Origin: Microbacteriaceae bacterium
GTDB taxonomy: Bacteria > Actinomycetota > Actinomycetes > Actinomycetales > Microbacteriaceae
NCBI GenBank assembly: GCA_032117735.1
Contig: JAULYU010000237.1
Coordinates: 1 to 39,297 of the forward strand
Reading direction: 5' to 3'
Length of the DNA: 39,297 nt
Below are positions 17,789-29,071 of the stretch, one piece after another; positions within the stretch are counted from its first letter, which is position 1; each line of letters opens with the position of its first letter. Below the pieces are notes generated by a model. That model was not told where the DNA came from, ran no database searches, and saw only the letters and a program-made list of their open reading frames with translations. The translations under genes and the position numbers were made by a program.

Positions 17789-18688
17789 ATGAACCTTTCT
17801 CTTCCCCGTTCACTCGCATCCCGGTCGGTCCGAATCGTTGTGTGGTTGTCACTCATCGCCCAGGCGGGAATCGCGGTCACGGGGGCGTTTGTGCGACTCA
17901 CCGCGTCTGGTCTCGGCTGTCCGACCTGGCCGCTGTGCACGGAGGATTCGCTCGTCAACACCCCCGAAATGGGAATTCACGGTGTAATCGAGTTCGGGAA
18001 CCGGCTTCTGACGATTTTGCTGCTGATAATCGCCGTAGCGGTGTTGGTCGTGTTGTGGCACGTCCGCAAAGAACGCCGCGAACTGTGGTGGATGGGCGTC
18101 GCGCTGCTCGTGGTCGTGCCGGTTCAAGCAGTCATCGGTGGAATCAGCGTGTGGACCCAGTTGAATCCCTACGTCGTAGGACTTCACTTCATTGTCTCGG
18201 TCGGGGCGACGGTTGTGGCCATGTTGATTGTGCTGCGAGTCCGAGACCGCGATGTGGTTGCTGACGTGCGTGCAATCCCTGTGGTGTCCTGGCTCATCGC
18301 CGGCATCACGGCGTTCGGCATTGTTTTCGGCGTGCTCACGACGGGATCCGGTCCCCACGCAGGTGATGCCAACGCTCCTCGAAACGGGCTGGATTCGGAA
18401 CTGCTGCAGCACATTCACGCGTGGTCGGCCTATGCCTCGGTGGCGCTCGTTGTCTTCGCGATTGCTCGTTCCGAGGGTCGCGCGCGACGTTCCTGGCTGG
18501 TTCTCGCCGGCGGTTTTCTGTTCCAAATTGCGATCGGCATAGCCCAGGCACGAACCGGTCTTCCGGTCGAGCTTGTCGGAATTCACGTCCTCGCCGCGAT
18601 GATCGTCACCGCGTTGGCGACGTCCGCGGTTTATCGAAGCGCGACGAGCGGGTCAATCGCGACGGCGAGGAAGAGCGCCGTCAAGTAG
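17789..18688 (+). CDS. ctaA: Heme A synthase (COX15/CtaA)
   Basis: VRLTASGLGCPTWPLC, IEFGNR, VGLHF, TGSGPHAGD; multiple TM helices. Confidence 0.9.
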   Translation: MNLSLPRSLASRSVRIVVWLSLIAQAGIAVTGAFVRLTASGLGCPTWPLCTEDSLVNTPEMGIHGVIEFGNRLLTILLLIIAVAVLVVLWHVRKERRELWWMGVALLVVVPVQAVIGGISVWTQLNPYVVGLHFIVSVGATVVAMLIVLRVRDRDVVADVRAIPVVSWLIAGITAFGIVFGVLTTGSGPHAGDANAPRNGLDSELLQHIHAWSAYASVALVVFAIARSEGRARRSWLVLAGGFLFQIAIGIAQARTGLPVELVGIHVLAAMIVTALATSAVYRSATSGSIATARKSAVK

Positions 18689-19560
18689 GTGTTACTCGCG
18701 TGAAAGACGCGCATCGGGTTAGCCGTTGCCCCCACGACCGTCTTGTTGTAGAGCAGGTGTGTTTCGACGATGAACCAGCCGCCGGCGACCAGCGCGACGA
18801 CCGTGTAGACGATTCCCATCGGTGCGACCGTGATCAACACGAGTGACGCCACGACGGTCGCCCAGGCGTAGAGGATGACTTGCAGTCCGACAGCGACGGT
18901 GGGACGAAGCACACTGAGCATGGGCACGGACGCCGCCGCGTAGTCGTCCGCGTACCGCAGACTCAGCGGCCAGTAGTGCGCCGGGGTCCACAGAAACACG
19001 ACCACGAACAAAACCCACGGGGTGAGTGACAATTCGCCGGTGACTGCGGCCCAGCCGATGAGGACGGGGAAACAGCCGGCGATTCCACCCCAAACGATGT
19101 TCTGTTCGGTGCGCCGCTTGAGCCAGAGGGTGTACACGAAGACGTAGAACAGGATTGCGGCGAGGGCAAGAGCCGCGGCCAAGAGATTGGCGACCAATGA
19201 CAGGATGACGAGCGATGCGATACCGATTACCCAGGCAAACACCAGCGCCTTCGTCGGACTGACGTCGCCGGTAACGATCGGTCGCCCCTGGGTTCGCGCC
19301 ATCATGACGTCGATGTCGCGGTCAATGTACATGTTGAACGCGTTCGCTGATCCGGCGCTCAGGGCTCCTCCGAGGAGGGTGCCGAGTACCAGAGCGATGT
19401 CGGGAAAACCACCCGCCGCGAGCACCATCACGGGCGCGGTCGTCACCAAGAGGAGCTCGATCACACGTGGTTTCATCAGTGCGAGATAGAAGCCCATTCG
19501 CCGAATCGACCGCGAAGCGAGGCGATTGTCCACCTCGGGAAGGGGGCTGGACGGCATCAC
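18631..19560 (-). CDS. ctaB: Heme O synthase (protoheme IX farnesyltransferase)
   Basis: KPRVIELL, NMYIDRDIDVMMART, YTLWLKRRT, WTPAHYW, DDYAAASVPML. Confidence 0.95.
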   Translation of the reverse strand: MMPSSPLPEVDNRLASRSIRRMGFYLALMKPRVIELLLVTTAPVMVLAAGGFPDIALVLGTLLGGALSAGSANAFNMYIDRDIDVMMARTQGRPIVTGDVSPTKALVFAWVIGIASLVILSLVANLLAAALALAAILFYVFVYTLWLKRRTEQNIVWGGIAGCFPVLIGWAAVTGELSLTPWVLFVVVFLWTPAHYWPLSLRYADDYAAASVPMLSVLRPTVAVGLQVILYAWATVVASLVLITVAPMGIVYTVVALVAGGWFIVETHLLYNKTVVGATANPMRVFHASNTYLTALFLAVAIDPLVALR

Positions 19561-19566
19561 TTCATC

Positions 19567-19605
19567 AGTCTATTCTCTGCTGACGCATCCAAATCCCGAT
19601 AGGCT
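19567..19605. promoter_or_regulatory. Divergent -10 pair: TAGACT (minus, ctaB, leaderless) and TAGGCT (plus, tkt operon)
   Basis: TAGACT 6 nt before the ctaB GTG; TAGGCT 90 nt before the tkt ATG. Confidence 0.55.
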
Positions 19606-19695
19606 GAATGCACCACCCACCGCGCTTTCCGTGTGCCATCGTTGTCACCGCGTGACGCGGCGAAGTGGGTTCCCGCCTCGCAGATTGGACTGCCC

Positions 19696-21780
19696 ATGAC
19701 CACGCTGAACTGGACCGAGTTGGACGCGCGCGCTGTCGACACCGCCCGGCTGTTGGCTGTCGACGCGGTGGAAAAGGTCGGAAACGGTCACCCCGGTACC
19801 GCCATGTCCATGGCGCCCGTCGCCTACCTGCTGTACCAGAAAGTGATGCGCCACGACCCTCTCGACGGCGACTGGCTCGGGCGCGATCGATTTGTGTTGT
19901 CGATCGGACACTCATCCCTCACCCAGTACACGCAACTGTTCCTCGGCGGATTCGGGCTCGAACTGGACGACCTCAAGGCGTTCCGGACGTGGGGTTCCGC
20001 AACACCGGGGCACCCAGAATTCGGTCACACCAACGGCGTCGAAATCACGACGGGACCACTCGGGCAGGGACTCGCGTCGGCCGTCGGAATGGCGTACGCA
20101 CAGCGATTCGAGCGTGGACTATTCGACCCGGACGCCCCCGCGGGTTCGTCGCCCTTTGACCACCACACCTACGTCATCTGCGGTGACGGCGACATGCAAG
20201 AGGGTGTCACCGCCGAGGCGTCCTCGCTTGCGGGTCACCAGCAGCTCGGAAACCTCGTGGTGATCTATGACTCGAATCAGATTTCCATCGAGGACGACAC
20301 GAACATTGCCTTCAGCGAAAATGTCGCTGCGCGATACCGCTCGTACGGGTGGGACGTCCGCGAACTTTCGTGGCGGACGCCCGCAGGCTACGTGGAGGAC
20401 GTGCCGGCACTTCACGAGGCGATCCGGGCGGCACAGTCCGAGACACAGAAGCCGTCGCTCATCATTCTTAAGACCATCATCGGTTGGCCGGCACCGACCA
20501 AGCAGAACACCGGAAAGATTCACGGCTCAGCGCTGGGCACCGACGAGGCCCGCGCGACCAAGGAGTTCCTCGGGTGGGACCCGGACCTCTCGTTCGTGGT
20601 ACCCGAGGGTGTGCTGGAACACACGCGCTTGTTGCGCGAGCGAGCAGCGGCCGTGCGTTCGGACTGGCAAAAGACCTTCGACGATTGGGCCACAGCCCAC
20701 CCCGAGAAGGCGAGCCTGCTGGCGCGACTGCAATCCGGTGCTCTTCCCGACGGTATCGACGACGTTCTTCCGTCTTTTGAGGCCGGAACCTCATTGGCGA
20801 CCCGCGCGGCAAGCGGAACTGTGCTGAACGCGTTGGCCGGTGTCATGCCCGAACTGTGGGGTGGCTCCTCGGATCTCGCCGAATCGAACCTCACCACGAT
20901 AAACGGGGCTGCGTCCTTCGTTCCGACCGAGCACTCCACGGCGCACTGGACCGGTCACCCGCACGGACGGGTGCTACATTTCGGAATTCGAGAACACGCG
21001 ATGGGCGCCATCCTCAACGGAATCGCGCTTCACGGCCCCACCCGTGCCTACGGCGGTACGTTCCTCATCTTCAGCGATTACATGCGCCCCGCGGTGCGTC
21101 TCGCGGCTCTCATGAAAACACCGTCCATTTTTGTGTGGAGTCACGACTCCGTTGCCCTGGGCGAAGACGGACCAACTCATCAGCCGATCGAACAATTGGC
21201 GACGCTTAGGGCGATTCCAGGCCTCGATGTGGTTCGACCCGCGGACGCCAATGAAACGACGTGGGCGTGGAAAGCGATTCTGGCTCGGCGAAACGGTCCT
21301 GCCGGAATCGCCCTCTCGCGGCAAAACCTCCCGGTGTTCGAAAGGGGTTCGGCGGCGTCGGCCACGGAGTTCGCCCCCGCCCAACTCGCCGACAAAGGTG
21401 CCTACACGCTCATTGACTCCCCCACCGGGAACGTCGATGTCATCCTGATTGCAACCGGGTCGGAGGTTGCGTTGGCGGTCGAGGCCCGAACGCTCTTGCA
21501 GGCCAAAGGAATCGGTGCGCGCGTTGTGTCGGCGCCTTGTCTCGAATGGTTTGACGAGCAACCCGAGTCGTATCGCGAATCGGTGGTGCCCTCCTCCGTT
21601 GCCGCCCGTGTTTCGGTTGAAGCGGGTCTCGCGCTGGGCTGGTCGAAGTATGTCGGCTCCAGCGGACGCTCGGTGTCGATCGAGCACTTCGGCGCATCCG
21701 CGGACTATCAAACACTGTTTCGCGAGTTCGGAATGACCGCCGCCGCCGTGGCCGACGCCGCCGAAACCCTAGTGCCCTAA
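19696..21780 (+). CDS. tkt: Transketolase
   Basis: [46 protein letters not shown]. Confidence 0.97.
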   Translation: MTTLNWTELDARAVDTARLLAVDAVEKVGNGHPGTAMSMAPVAYLLYQKVMRHDPLDGDWLGRDRFVLSIGHSSLTQYTQLFLGGFGLELDDLKAFRTWGSATPGHPEFGHTNGVEITTGPLGQGLASAVGMAYAQRFERGLFDPDAPAGSSPFDHHTYVICGDGDMQEGVTAEASSLAGHQQLGNLVVIYDSNQISIEDDTNIAFSENVAARYRSYGWDVRELSWRTPAGYVEDVPALHEAIRAAQSETQKPSLIILKTIIGWPAPTKQNTGKIHGSALGTDEARATKEFLGWDPDLSFVVPEGVLEHTRLLRERAAAVRSDWQKTFDDWATAHPEKASLLARLQSGALPDGIDDVLPSFEAGTSLATRAASGTVLNALAGVMPELWGGSSDLAESNLTTINGAASFVPTEHSTAHWTGHPHGRVLHFGIREHAMGAILNGIALHGPTRAYGGTFLIFSDYMRPAVRLAALMKTPSIFVWSHDSVALGEDGPTHQPIEQLATLRAIPGLDVVRPADANETTWAWKAILARRNGPAGIALSRQNLPVFERGSAASATEFAPAQLADKGAYTLIDSPTGNVDVILIATGSEVALAVEARTLLQAKGIGARVVSAPCLEWFDEQPESYRESVVPSSVAARVSVEAGLALGWSKYVGSSGRSVSIEHFGASADYQTLFREFGMTAAAVADAAETLVP

Positions 21781-21796
21781 TCGAAAGGTTCACCCC

Positions 21797-22903
21797 GTGA
21801 CCAGCCCCACCCAGCAACTGTCCGACGTCGGCGTATCGATCTGGCTCGACGATCTCTCGCGCGACCGCATCGAATCGGGTTCCTTGGAATCGCTCATCGC
21901 GAGTCGTAACGTGGTCGGAGTCACGACCAACCCGACGATTTTTGCCTCGGCACTCGCGACGGGTGAAACCTACGCGCCGCAGATGGCGAAACTCGCGGCA
22001 CAGGGCGCTTCCGTGACCGACGCTGTCTTCGCGGCGACCTGCGACGACGTCGCGGCAGCGTGCGACATCTTCCGGCCGGTGTACGACGTGACGAGTGGGC
22101 GCGACGGACGCGTTTCGATCGAGGTCGAACCGACGCTCGCGTTCGACGCGGCCGCGACAATCGTGCAGGCGAAAGAACTCTTTACCCGAGTGGGGCGTGA
22201 GAACGTGATGATCAAGATTCCCGCCACGCTCGAGGGACTTGAGGCGATAACCGCCGTGCTCGGTGACGGCATCAGCGTCAATGTGACTCTCATCTTTTCG
22301 CTCGAGCGATACGCCCAGGTTATCGAGGCCTATCTGGCCGGACTCGAACTCGCCCAGTCCAACGGTCACGATCTCGCCTCGATCCACTCGGTGGCGTCAT
22401 TCTTTGTGTCTCGGGTCGATACCGAAATCGACCGTCGACTGGTCTCCCTCGGCAGCGACGACGCTCTCGCGCTGAAGAGCGCGACGGGTATCGCTAATGC
22501 ACGACTGGCGTACGAATTGTTCGACACATCGTTTGCCACCGATCGTGCGAAAGCTCTGATCGCCGCGGGCGGACTTCGTCAGCGTCCGCTGTGGGCATCC
22601 ACCGGCGTGAAAGACCCGAGCCTTCCCGACACTCTGTATGTCACCGAGCTCGCCGCACCGGACACGGTCAACACCATGCCCGAAAAGACCCTCGACGCCA
22701 CCTTTGACCACGGACCGATTCACGGCGATGCCATTGCCGGGACTTTCGACGACGCTCGCGCGACGATTGCCGCAATCGAAGCGCTAGGGATTTCGCTGAA
22801 CGACGTGACGGACCTGCTCGAGCGGGAGGGCGTCGACAAGTTCATCGTGTCGTGGAACGAGTTGCTCGATATCGTCACCGCGGCGCTGGATTCTGCTCGA
22901 TGA
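21797..22903 (+). CDS. tal: Transaldolase
   Basis: [48 protein letters not shown]; GAAAGG SD. Confidence 0.97.
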   Translation: MTSPTQQLSDVGVSIWLDDLSRDRIESGSLESLIASRNVVGVTTNPTIFASALATGETYAPQMAKLAAQGASVTDAVFAATCDDVAAACDIFRPVYDVTSGRDGRVSIEVEPTLAFDAAATIVQAKELFTRVGRENVMIKIPATLEGLEAITAVLGDGISVNVTLIFSLERYAQVIEAYLAGLELAQSNGHDLASIHSVASFFVSRVDTEIDRRLVSLGSDDALALKSATGIANARLAYELFDTSFATDRAKALIAAGGLRQRPLWASTGVKDPSLPDTLYVTELAAPDTVNTMPEKTLDATFDHGPIHGDAIAGTFDDARATIAAIEALGISLNDVTDLLEREGVDKFIVSWNELLDIVTAALDSAR

Positions 22904-24495
22904 TTCATGTCTCGGTCGCCGGTAACGCCGCCGATGCGGTGAACCGGCTGGTACCGGGTCTGGTGGCGGACAACGTTGCGACGCGACTCGACGCGGGTGA
23001 TGCGACGCTGTGGGGAAACGACGCTCAACCCGAGGCGTCCATGCGTCTCGGGTGGGTGCACGCAGCGACACGGTCTTCCGGACTCGTGGACGAGATTGTC
23101 GAGTTACGGGACGAGTTTCGCGCGCGCGGCTTGACCCGAATCGTATTGTGTGGGATGGGCGGTTCGTCTCTCGCACCCGAGGTGATCACCCGCACCGCCG
23201 GCGTTGCGCTCGTGGTGTTGGATGCGACCCACCCCGAGCAGGTTGCGCGGGTGGTCGACACAGACCTCGAAGAGACCGTTGTGGTCATCTCGTCGAAATC
23301 TGGTTCGACCGTCGAAACCGACTCGCACAGGCGTGCGTTCGAACAAGCGTTTACGGACCGCGGAATTGATCCGGTGAGCCGCATTGTCATCGTGACGGAC
23401 CCGAACTCACCACTCGATCAATCGGCCCGAGAAGCGGGGTATCGGGTGTTTAACGCCGACCCGCTGGTCGGAGGACGATACTCGGCGCTGACCGCTTTCG
23501 GGCTCGTACCGTCAGGACTGGCGGGCGTCAATCTTGCGGAACTGCTGGATGAAGCCAGTGATGTCGAGGGGGCTTTGCTCGCTGATTCGACCTCCAACCC
23601 CGCGCTCGTGCTCGGCGCAGCGATGGCGGGTACCGAGCCACGCCGCGACAAGTTGGGGATTCTGTCCGCGCAATCCTCGATTATCGGAATCGGAGACTGG
23701 ATCGAGCAACTGGTCGCTGAATCGACCGGCAAAAGCGAAACCGGTCTCCTCCCCGTGGTATTGGAACCGCGGGCCGCGGACCTTCGTGCGCCGGATTTGT
23801 TGCCGGTGCACATCATGGATGTGGACGCGCCAGCTGTCGATGACTCCGTCACCGTCGCGGGGTCGCTCGGGGCTCAGTTATTGCTCTGGGAAATCGCCAC
23901 CGTCGTGGCGGGTCGACTGTTGGGTATCAACCCATTCGATCAGCCCGATGTCGAATCGGCCAAGGTGGCGTCGCGGTCGTTCCTGGAGGGAACGCCGGCC
24001 GCACAGAATCCCTTCGCGATGGACAACGGCGCCGAATTGAGTGCGGTCGGATACGACCCTCAGGCAACAACCGTCGTCGACGCGGTTCGAGAACTCGTGG
24101 TCCGCTGCGAATCCGATGGCTACGTGTCAATTCACGCCTACGCCGATCGGGACGCGGGTTCGAACCTTGAGTCGGTGCGCGACCTGCTGGCTGTCTCGTC
24201 GGGTGGCCGGCCGACGACGTTCGGCTGGGGACCGCGCTTTCTGCACTCCACGGGTCAGTATCACAAGGGTGGTCCCCGACAGGGCGTCTTCGTCCAGATC
24301 ATTCAGCGGCCGACTCTCGACCGCACGGTGCCGGGACGCCCGTTTACCTGGGGTGGGTTGATGCTCGCCCAAGCGCGAGGTGACGCCACCGTGCTCGCCA
24401 GACACGGCAGGCCTGTGTTGACAATCTCCGTCGCAGGCCGAGATGGTCTGGTTGCGATGATTTCCGCTCTGCGGGCACTCGGAACGACGTCGTGA
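22900..24495 (+). CDS. pgi: Glucose-6-phosphate isomerase
   Basis: [49 protein letters not shown]; ATGA overlap with tal. Confidence 0.92.
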   Translation: MIHVSVAGNAADAVNRLVPGLVADNVATRLDAGDATLWGNDAQPEASMRLGWVHAATRSSGLVDEIVELRDEFRARGLTRIVLCGMGGSSLAPEVITRTAGVALVVLDATHPEQVARVVDTDLEETVVVISSKSGSTVETDSHRRAFEQAFTDRGIDPVSRIVIVTDPNSPLDQSAREAGYRVFNADPLVGGRYSALTAFGLVPSGLAGVNLAELLDEASDVEGALLADSTSNPALVLGAAMAGTEPRRDKLGILSAQSSIIGIGDWIEQLVAESTGKSETGLLPVVLEPRAADLRAPDLLPVHIMDVDAPAVDDSVTVAGSLGAQLLLWEIATVVAGRLLGINPFDQPDVESAKVASRSFLEGTPAAQNPFAMDNGAELSAVGYDPQATTVVDAVRELVVRCESDGYVSIHAYADRDAGSNLESVRDLLAVSSGGRPTTFGWGPRFLHSTGQYHKGGPRQGVFVQIIQRPTLDRTVPGRPFTWGGLMLAQARGDATVLARHGRPVLTISVAGRDGLVAMISALRALGTTS

Positions 24496-26015
24496 CCTTC
24501 GTCAACCCGCTTCGCGATCCCGACGACCGTCGGTTGGGTCGTATTGCGGGCCCGTCCGGACTCGTCATTTTCGGCGTAACCGGCGACCTCGCCCGAAAGA
24601 AGCTGATGCCGGCGGTGTACGACCTCGCGAACCGGGGATTGCTACCGCCCGGATTCGCGCTTGTCGGCTTTGCCCGCCGCGACTGGGCGAGCCAGGATTT
24701 CATGGAAGTCGTCCTCGAGTCGGTCAAGCTCTACGCACGGACTCCGTTCCGCGAGGACGTGTGGCGTCAGTTGTCGGCGGGCATCCGATTCGTCGCCGGA
24801 GACTTCGATGACAACGCGGCGTTTGACCGTTTGGGCGAAACCATCGCCGAGCTCGACCGTGACCGCGGCACCATGGGGAACCATGCGTTTTACCTCTCAA
24901 TTCCGCCGCGATCCTTCCCCGTTGTGACCGAGCAACTGCGGCGCTCGGGGCTTGCGACACCAACGGCAAACCAGTGGCGCCGCGTCGTCATCGAAAAGCC
25001 GTTCGGGTCCAACCTGGCGTCGGCGCGTGAACTGAATGCGGTGGTCGAATCAGTGTTCTCGCCGGACGACGTCTTTCGAATAGATCATTATCTGGGCAAA
25101 GAAACGGTGCAAAACATCCTTGCGCTTCGTTTCGCCAACATGTTCTACGAGCCGATTTGGAACTCGAAATATGTTGACCACGTTCAGATCACCATGGCGG
25201 AGGATGTGGGGGTCGGTGGACGCGCGGGCTATTACGACGGAATCGGAGCGGCGCGGGACGTGATTCAGAACCACCTGTTGCAACTACTCGCGCTGACCGC
25301 AATGGAAGAACCCGTCTCGTTCGACGCAGCGGATCTGCGCGCAGAGAAAGAAAAGGTCCTCTCCGCCATCACGATTCCCACAGACCGTGCACTCGGCACC
25401 GCGCGAGGGCAATACGCGGCAGGTTGGCAGGGTGGCGTCGAGGTACCGGGTTTTCTGACCGAGGACGGAATGAACCCGAATTCCACCACCGAAACCTTTG
25501 CCGCGATGCGGCTCGATATCGATACCCGGCGATGGAGTGGCGTGCCCTTCTATCTTCGCGCGGGTAAGCGGCTCGGGCGCCGCGTGACCGAGATTGCGGT
25601 GGTCTTCAAACGCGCGCCGCAGTACCTGTTTGAAAAGAACCAGATCAGCAGCCTGTCGGAAAACGCGCTGGTGATTCGGGTTCAACCGGACGAGGGCGTC
25701 ACCATGAAGTTTGGTTCGAAAGTTCCCGGCGCTGGGATGCAGGTTCGCGACGTCACGATGGACTTCGGCTATGGACATGCGTTTACCGAGGAGAGCCCCG
25801 AGGCCTACGAACGGCTGATTCTCGACGTTCTTCTCGGTGACCCACCGCTCTTTCCCCGGCACGAAGAGGTGGAACTGTCCTGGAAGGTGCTGGACCCGAT
25901 TGTTGAGTTCTGGGCGTCGGCTGGTGTACCGGAGTCCTATGCGCCCGGGTCCTGGGGCCCTGAATCGGCCCACGCCATGATGCGCCGTGACGGTCGGGAA
26001 TGGCGTCGCCCGTGA
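24492..26015 (+). CDS. zwf: Glucose-6-phosphate dehydrogenase
   Basis: GVTGDLA, EKPFG, RIDHYLGKE, RDVIQNH. Confidence 0.97.
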   Translation: MTFVNPLRDPDDRRLGRIAGPSGLVIFGVTGDLARKKLMPAVYDLANRGLLPPGFALVGFARRDWASQDFMEVVLESVKLYARTPFREDVWRQLSAGIRFVAGDFDDNAAFDRLGETIAELDRDRGTMGNHAFYLSIPPRSFPVVTEQLRRSGLATPTANQWRRVVIEKPFGSNLASARELNAVVESVFSPDDVFRIDHYLGKETVQNILALRFANMFYEPIWNSKYVDHVQITMAEDVGVGGRAGYYDGIGAARDVIQNHLLQLLALTAMEEPVSFDAADLRAEKEKVLSAITIPTDRALGTARGQYAAGWQGGVEVPGFLTEDGMNPNSTTETFAAMRLDIDTRRWSGVPFYLRAGKRLGRRVTEIAVVFKRAPQYLFEKNQISSLSENALVIRVQPDEGVTMKFGSKVPGAGMQVRDVTMDFGYGHAFTEESPEAYERLILDVLLGDPPLFPRHEEVELSWKVLDPIVEFWASAGVPESYAPGSWGPESAHAMMRRDGREWRRP

Positions 26016-26953
26016 TCATTCCGCTGCCCAACACCACGACATCCGAGATTCTCCGCGTGCTCCAACAGGCGCGTGACGACAGCGGCGCCGTCGCGCTCGG
26101 TCGCGTTCTCACTCTCGTCATCACGACAAACGAGGACAAATCGGAGAAAGTCATTGCGGCGGCGAACGAGGCATCGAGGGAACACCCCATGCGGATAGTC
26201 GTGATCAACAGTGTCTCGGACGCCACGCAGACCGTTCCACTCAACGCTGAATTGCGACTCGGTGGCGACGCGGGAGCTAGCGAGGTGATTATTCTCAACG
26301 CATCGGACGCTCTCACCGCAGACCCACAATCGCTTGTCAACGGACTGTTGTTGCCGGACACGGCCATGGTGGCCTGGTGGCCTGATGCTGCTCCGCCTCG
26401 CATGTCCGAAACGTCGCTGGGCCGCGTCGCCGGCCACCGAATTGCGGACACGATCAATGCCTCCAACCCGGTCGAGCTCCTACGGATTTTGGCCGATGCC
26501 TACGTGCCCGGCGACGTGGACCTCGGCTGGACCCGCATCACCCAGTGGCGGGCACTGTTGGCCGCGACACTCGATTCGGGGGTGGATCTCGGTATCGTCA
26601 GCGCACGAGTCGGGGGTGCGCTCGACAATTCGGCGCCGATCCTGCTCGCCGCATGGCTACGAACCGAACTCGACGTTCCCGTCGAGTTGGAACTGAAGGG
26701 CAAGAGCGACCTCGGCAACATTCTCTACGCGGAGATTGTCACCACCGCCGGGTCGATCATCCTCGAACGCACGGAGACTGGTTTTGCACGACTGGCACAG
26801 CCGGGGCAGCCCGACCACGTGATTTCACTTCCCCTGCGCGGACTGGGTGATTGCCTGACCGAGGAACTCCGCCGACTCGACCCGGACGTGGTGTTCGGGC
26901 GAGTGTTGACCGTCGGACTTCCACTCCTCGTCTCTGAATCGCCACTCATCTGA
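26012..26953 (+). CDS. opcA: G6PD assembly protein OpcA
   Basis: GRVLTLV, EHPMR, LLLPD..V.WW, DLGWTRITQWR, EELRRLDPD; lies between zwf and pgl. Confidence 0.92.
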   Translation: MIIPLPNTTTSEILRVLQQARDDSGAVALGRVLTLVITTNEDKSEKVIAAANEASREHPMRIVVINSVSDATQTVPLNAELRLGGDAGASEVIILNASDALTADPQSLVNGLLLPDTAMVAWWPDAAPPRMSETSLGRVAGHRIADTINASNPVELLRILADAYVPGDVDLGWTRITQWRALLAATLDSGVDLGIVSARVGGALDNSAPILLAAWLRTELDVPVELELKGKSDLGNILYAEIVTTAGSIILERTETGFARLAQPGQPDHVISLPLRGLGDCLTEELRRLDPDVVFGRVLTVGLPLLVSESPLI

Positions 26954-27669
26954 TGAACCGACGATTCATAACGCTACCGTCGCGGTCCGAAGTCGAAACT
27001 CGGGTCGCCGATCAACTGGTGACCGAAATTCTCAGCGCGGTGACAGCGCGAGGGCGCGCCGATGTGTCCGTCACAGGCGGAACGGTAGGAATCGGGGTGC
27101 TTGCCGCGGTCATGCGGGACCGACGCGTCCACGACGTCGACTGGTCACGGGTCCACGTGTGGTGGGGGGACGAGCGCTTTGTTCCCAGTGGCCACGCAGA
27201 CCGAAACGACCACCAAGCCCGCGACGCGCTGTTCGATCATGTTTCTATCCCCGAGCAGAACCTGCACACCTTCCCGGCCGACATCGGTCAGACCGTGGAG
27301 GCGGCTCGGGACGCTTTCCTGGCACGCTACATCGGAGGGTTTCCCGAGTTCGATGTTGCGCTCAATGGCATCGGACCGGACGGCCACGCTGCGAGTCTGT
27401 TTCCGGGTCGAGACCACGGTGGTTCGGAGCCGGTAATTGCCGTGCGCGATTCGCCCAAACTGCCCCCCGAAAGATTGTCATTCACGTTCGGGGTGCTCAA
27501 CCACGCGCGCCACGTGTGGATTGTCGCGTCGGGGGTGGACAAGGCGGATGCGGTGCGACGGATCGCCGCAGATTCGCCAACCTCCGAAACCCCGGCCGCG
27601 GGGCTACGCGGAACGGTGGAAACCGTCCTGTGGCTCGACGCCGATGCCGCCGGGCAATTACCCGATTAG
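26953..27669 (+). CDS. pgl: 6-phosphogluconolactonase
   Basis: TGG, WWGDERFVP, GPDGHAASLFP, SPKLPPERLS. Confidence 0.94.
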   Translation: MNRRFITLPSRSEVETRVADQLVTEILSAVTARGRADVSVTGGTVGIGVLAAVMRDRRVHDVDWSRVHVWWGDERFVPSGHADRNDHQARDALFDHVSIPEQNLHTFPADIGQTVEAARDAFLARYIGGFPEFDVALNGIGPDGHAASLFPGRDHGGSEPVIAVRDSPKLPPERLSFTFGVLNHARHVWIVASGVDKADAVRRIAADSPTSETPAAGLRGTVETVLWLDADAAGQLPD

Positions 27670-28016
27670 GGTTTGCCGGTGGTGCGAAGTCGCTCGATTG
27701 CGTCCGACAGGATGGTTTCGGCTTCTTCCTCGGTCCGACGTTCCTTGACATAGGCAAGGTGGGTCTTGTAGGGCTCGTGTTTCACGACCTGGGGTGGTTT
27801 GTTTTTGTTGCGACCCGCGGGAAGTCCAGTGGTCGGCGAGTCAATCAGTTCGGGGATCTGGTCGTCGGGCACATCCGCTGCGTAGTGACGAACGGTCTCG
27901 TTTCCATCGGCGTCCCAATAGGACACCGCGATTCGTTCCGCGTGGTTACCGTGGTCGTGTTCGCCCATCGGGCCGGAACCGACGCGGGTTCCTCGAATTG
28001 CGCTTCCGCCAGCCAC
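27666..28016 (-). CDS. rbpA: RNA polymerase-binding protein RbpA family
   Basis: AIRGTRVGSG N-terminus and KTHLAYVKERRTEEE..L sigma-interaction region; downstream of secG. Confidence 0.85.
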   Translation of the reverse strand: MAGGSAIRGTRVGSGPMGEHDHGNHAERIAVSYWDADGNETVRHYAADVPDDQIPELIDSPTTGLPAGRNKNKPPQVVKHEPYKTHLAYVKERRTEEEAETILSDAIERLRTTGKP

Positions 28017-28024
28017 GGTGACTC

Positions 28025-28273
28025 CTAGACCAAATCGAATCGGGTGAACAGCCCGATCGCCACGACGGCGAGGACCCAGATGATGGCGATGGTCACGGTG
28101 AGGCGGTTGAGGTTGCGCTCCGCGACACCACTCGAACCGAGAGACGACGACACCCCGCCGCCGAACATATCCGAGAGGCCTCCGCCACGTCCGCGGTGGA
28201 GAAGAATCGTCATTGTCAACATGATGCTGGTGACCGCCAGGATGACCTGAACCGTGATGTAGAGAATTTCCAT
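28025..28273 (-). CDS. secG: Preprotein translocase subunit SecG
   Basis: ILLHRGRGGGLSDMFGGG, AERNLNRLT; two TM helices; follows tpiA. Confidence 0.95.
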   Translation of the reverse strand: MEILYITVQVILAVTSIMLTMTILLHRGRGGGLSDMFGGGVSSSLGSSGVAERNLNRLTVTIAIIWVLAVVAIGLFTRFDLV

Positions 28274-28285
28274 GATTGTCCTAGT

Positions 28286-29071
28286 TTAGGCGATGACGTG
28301 CCGTGGGAACTGCACAATTTTCGCAAATTCTTCGGCGTCGAGACTCGCGCCCCCGACGAGTGCGCCATCGATATCCTTCTCCCTGAGGAATGACGCGATG
28401 TTTCCCGATTTGACGCTTCCGCCGTACAACACCCTTGTCGTCGCAGCGGCGTCGGTCGACATCTCGTCAGCAATAACTCCCCGAAGCGCGGCACACACGT
28501 CTTGCGCCTGAGACGGGCTCGCGGCCGTGCCAGACCCGATCGCCCAGACCGGTTCGTAGGCCACAACAATTTCGGCGTCCGCCGGGATGCCCCGCACAAC
28601 CGCCGTTAATTGGGATACAGGCACCGCGCTCGGCCCGAATTTTTCGAGGTCCTCCGATGATTCACCGACACAAATCACGGGAACGAGTCCGTGTTTGATG
28701 GCGGCGACAACTTTCGCTGCGACGAGCTCGTCGTCTTCGCGGTGGTCCTGGCGGCGCTCCGAGTGTCCCACAATCACGTAGGTGCACCCTAACTTCTTGA
28801 GGAACTGGCCCGAGATGTCCCCCGTGTGCGCACCCTCGTCGAACGGGGACAGGTCCTGCCCCCCGAACGCGAACGCCAGTCCGTCACTGTCGATAAGCGT
28901 CTGCACCGAGCGAATGTCCGTGAACGGTGGAAAGAATGACACTTCCACCTCGCCGGCGGGGAACTTGGCGTCTTTCAAAATCCACGAGATTTTCTGAACA
29001 AAGGCGATCGCTCGCATGTGGTCGAAGTTCATCTTCCAGTTTCCGGCAATGAGCGGTTTGCGCGTTACCAT
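28286..29071 (-). CDS. tpiA: Triosephosphate isomerase
   Basis: AGNWKMN, GHSERR, AYEPVWAIG, LYGGSV, LVGGAS. Confidence 0.97.
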   Translation of the reverse strand: MVTRKPLIAGNWKMNFDHMRAIAFVQKISWILKDAKFPAGEVEVSFFPPFTDIRSVQTLIDSDGLAFAFGGQDLSPFDEGAHTGDISGQFLKKLGCTYVIVGHSERRQDHREDDELVAAKVVAAIKHGLVPVICVGESSEDLEKFGPSAVPVSQLTAVVRGIPADAEIVVAYEPVWAIGSGTAASPSQAQDVCAALRGVIADEMSTDAAATTRVLYGGSVKSGNIASFLREKDIDGALVGGASLDAEEFAKIVQFPRHVIA

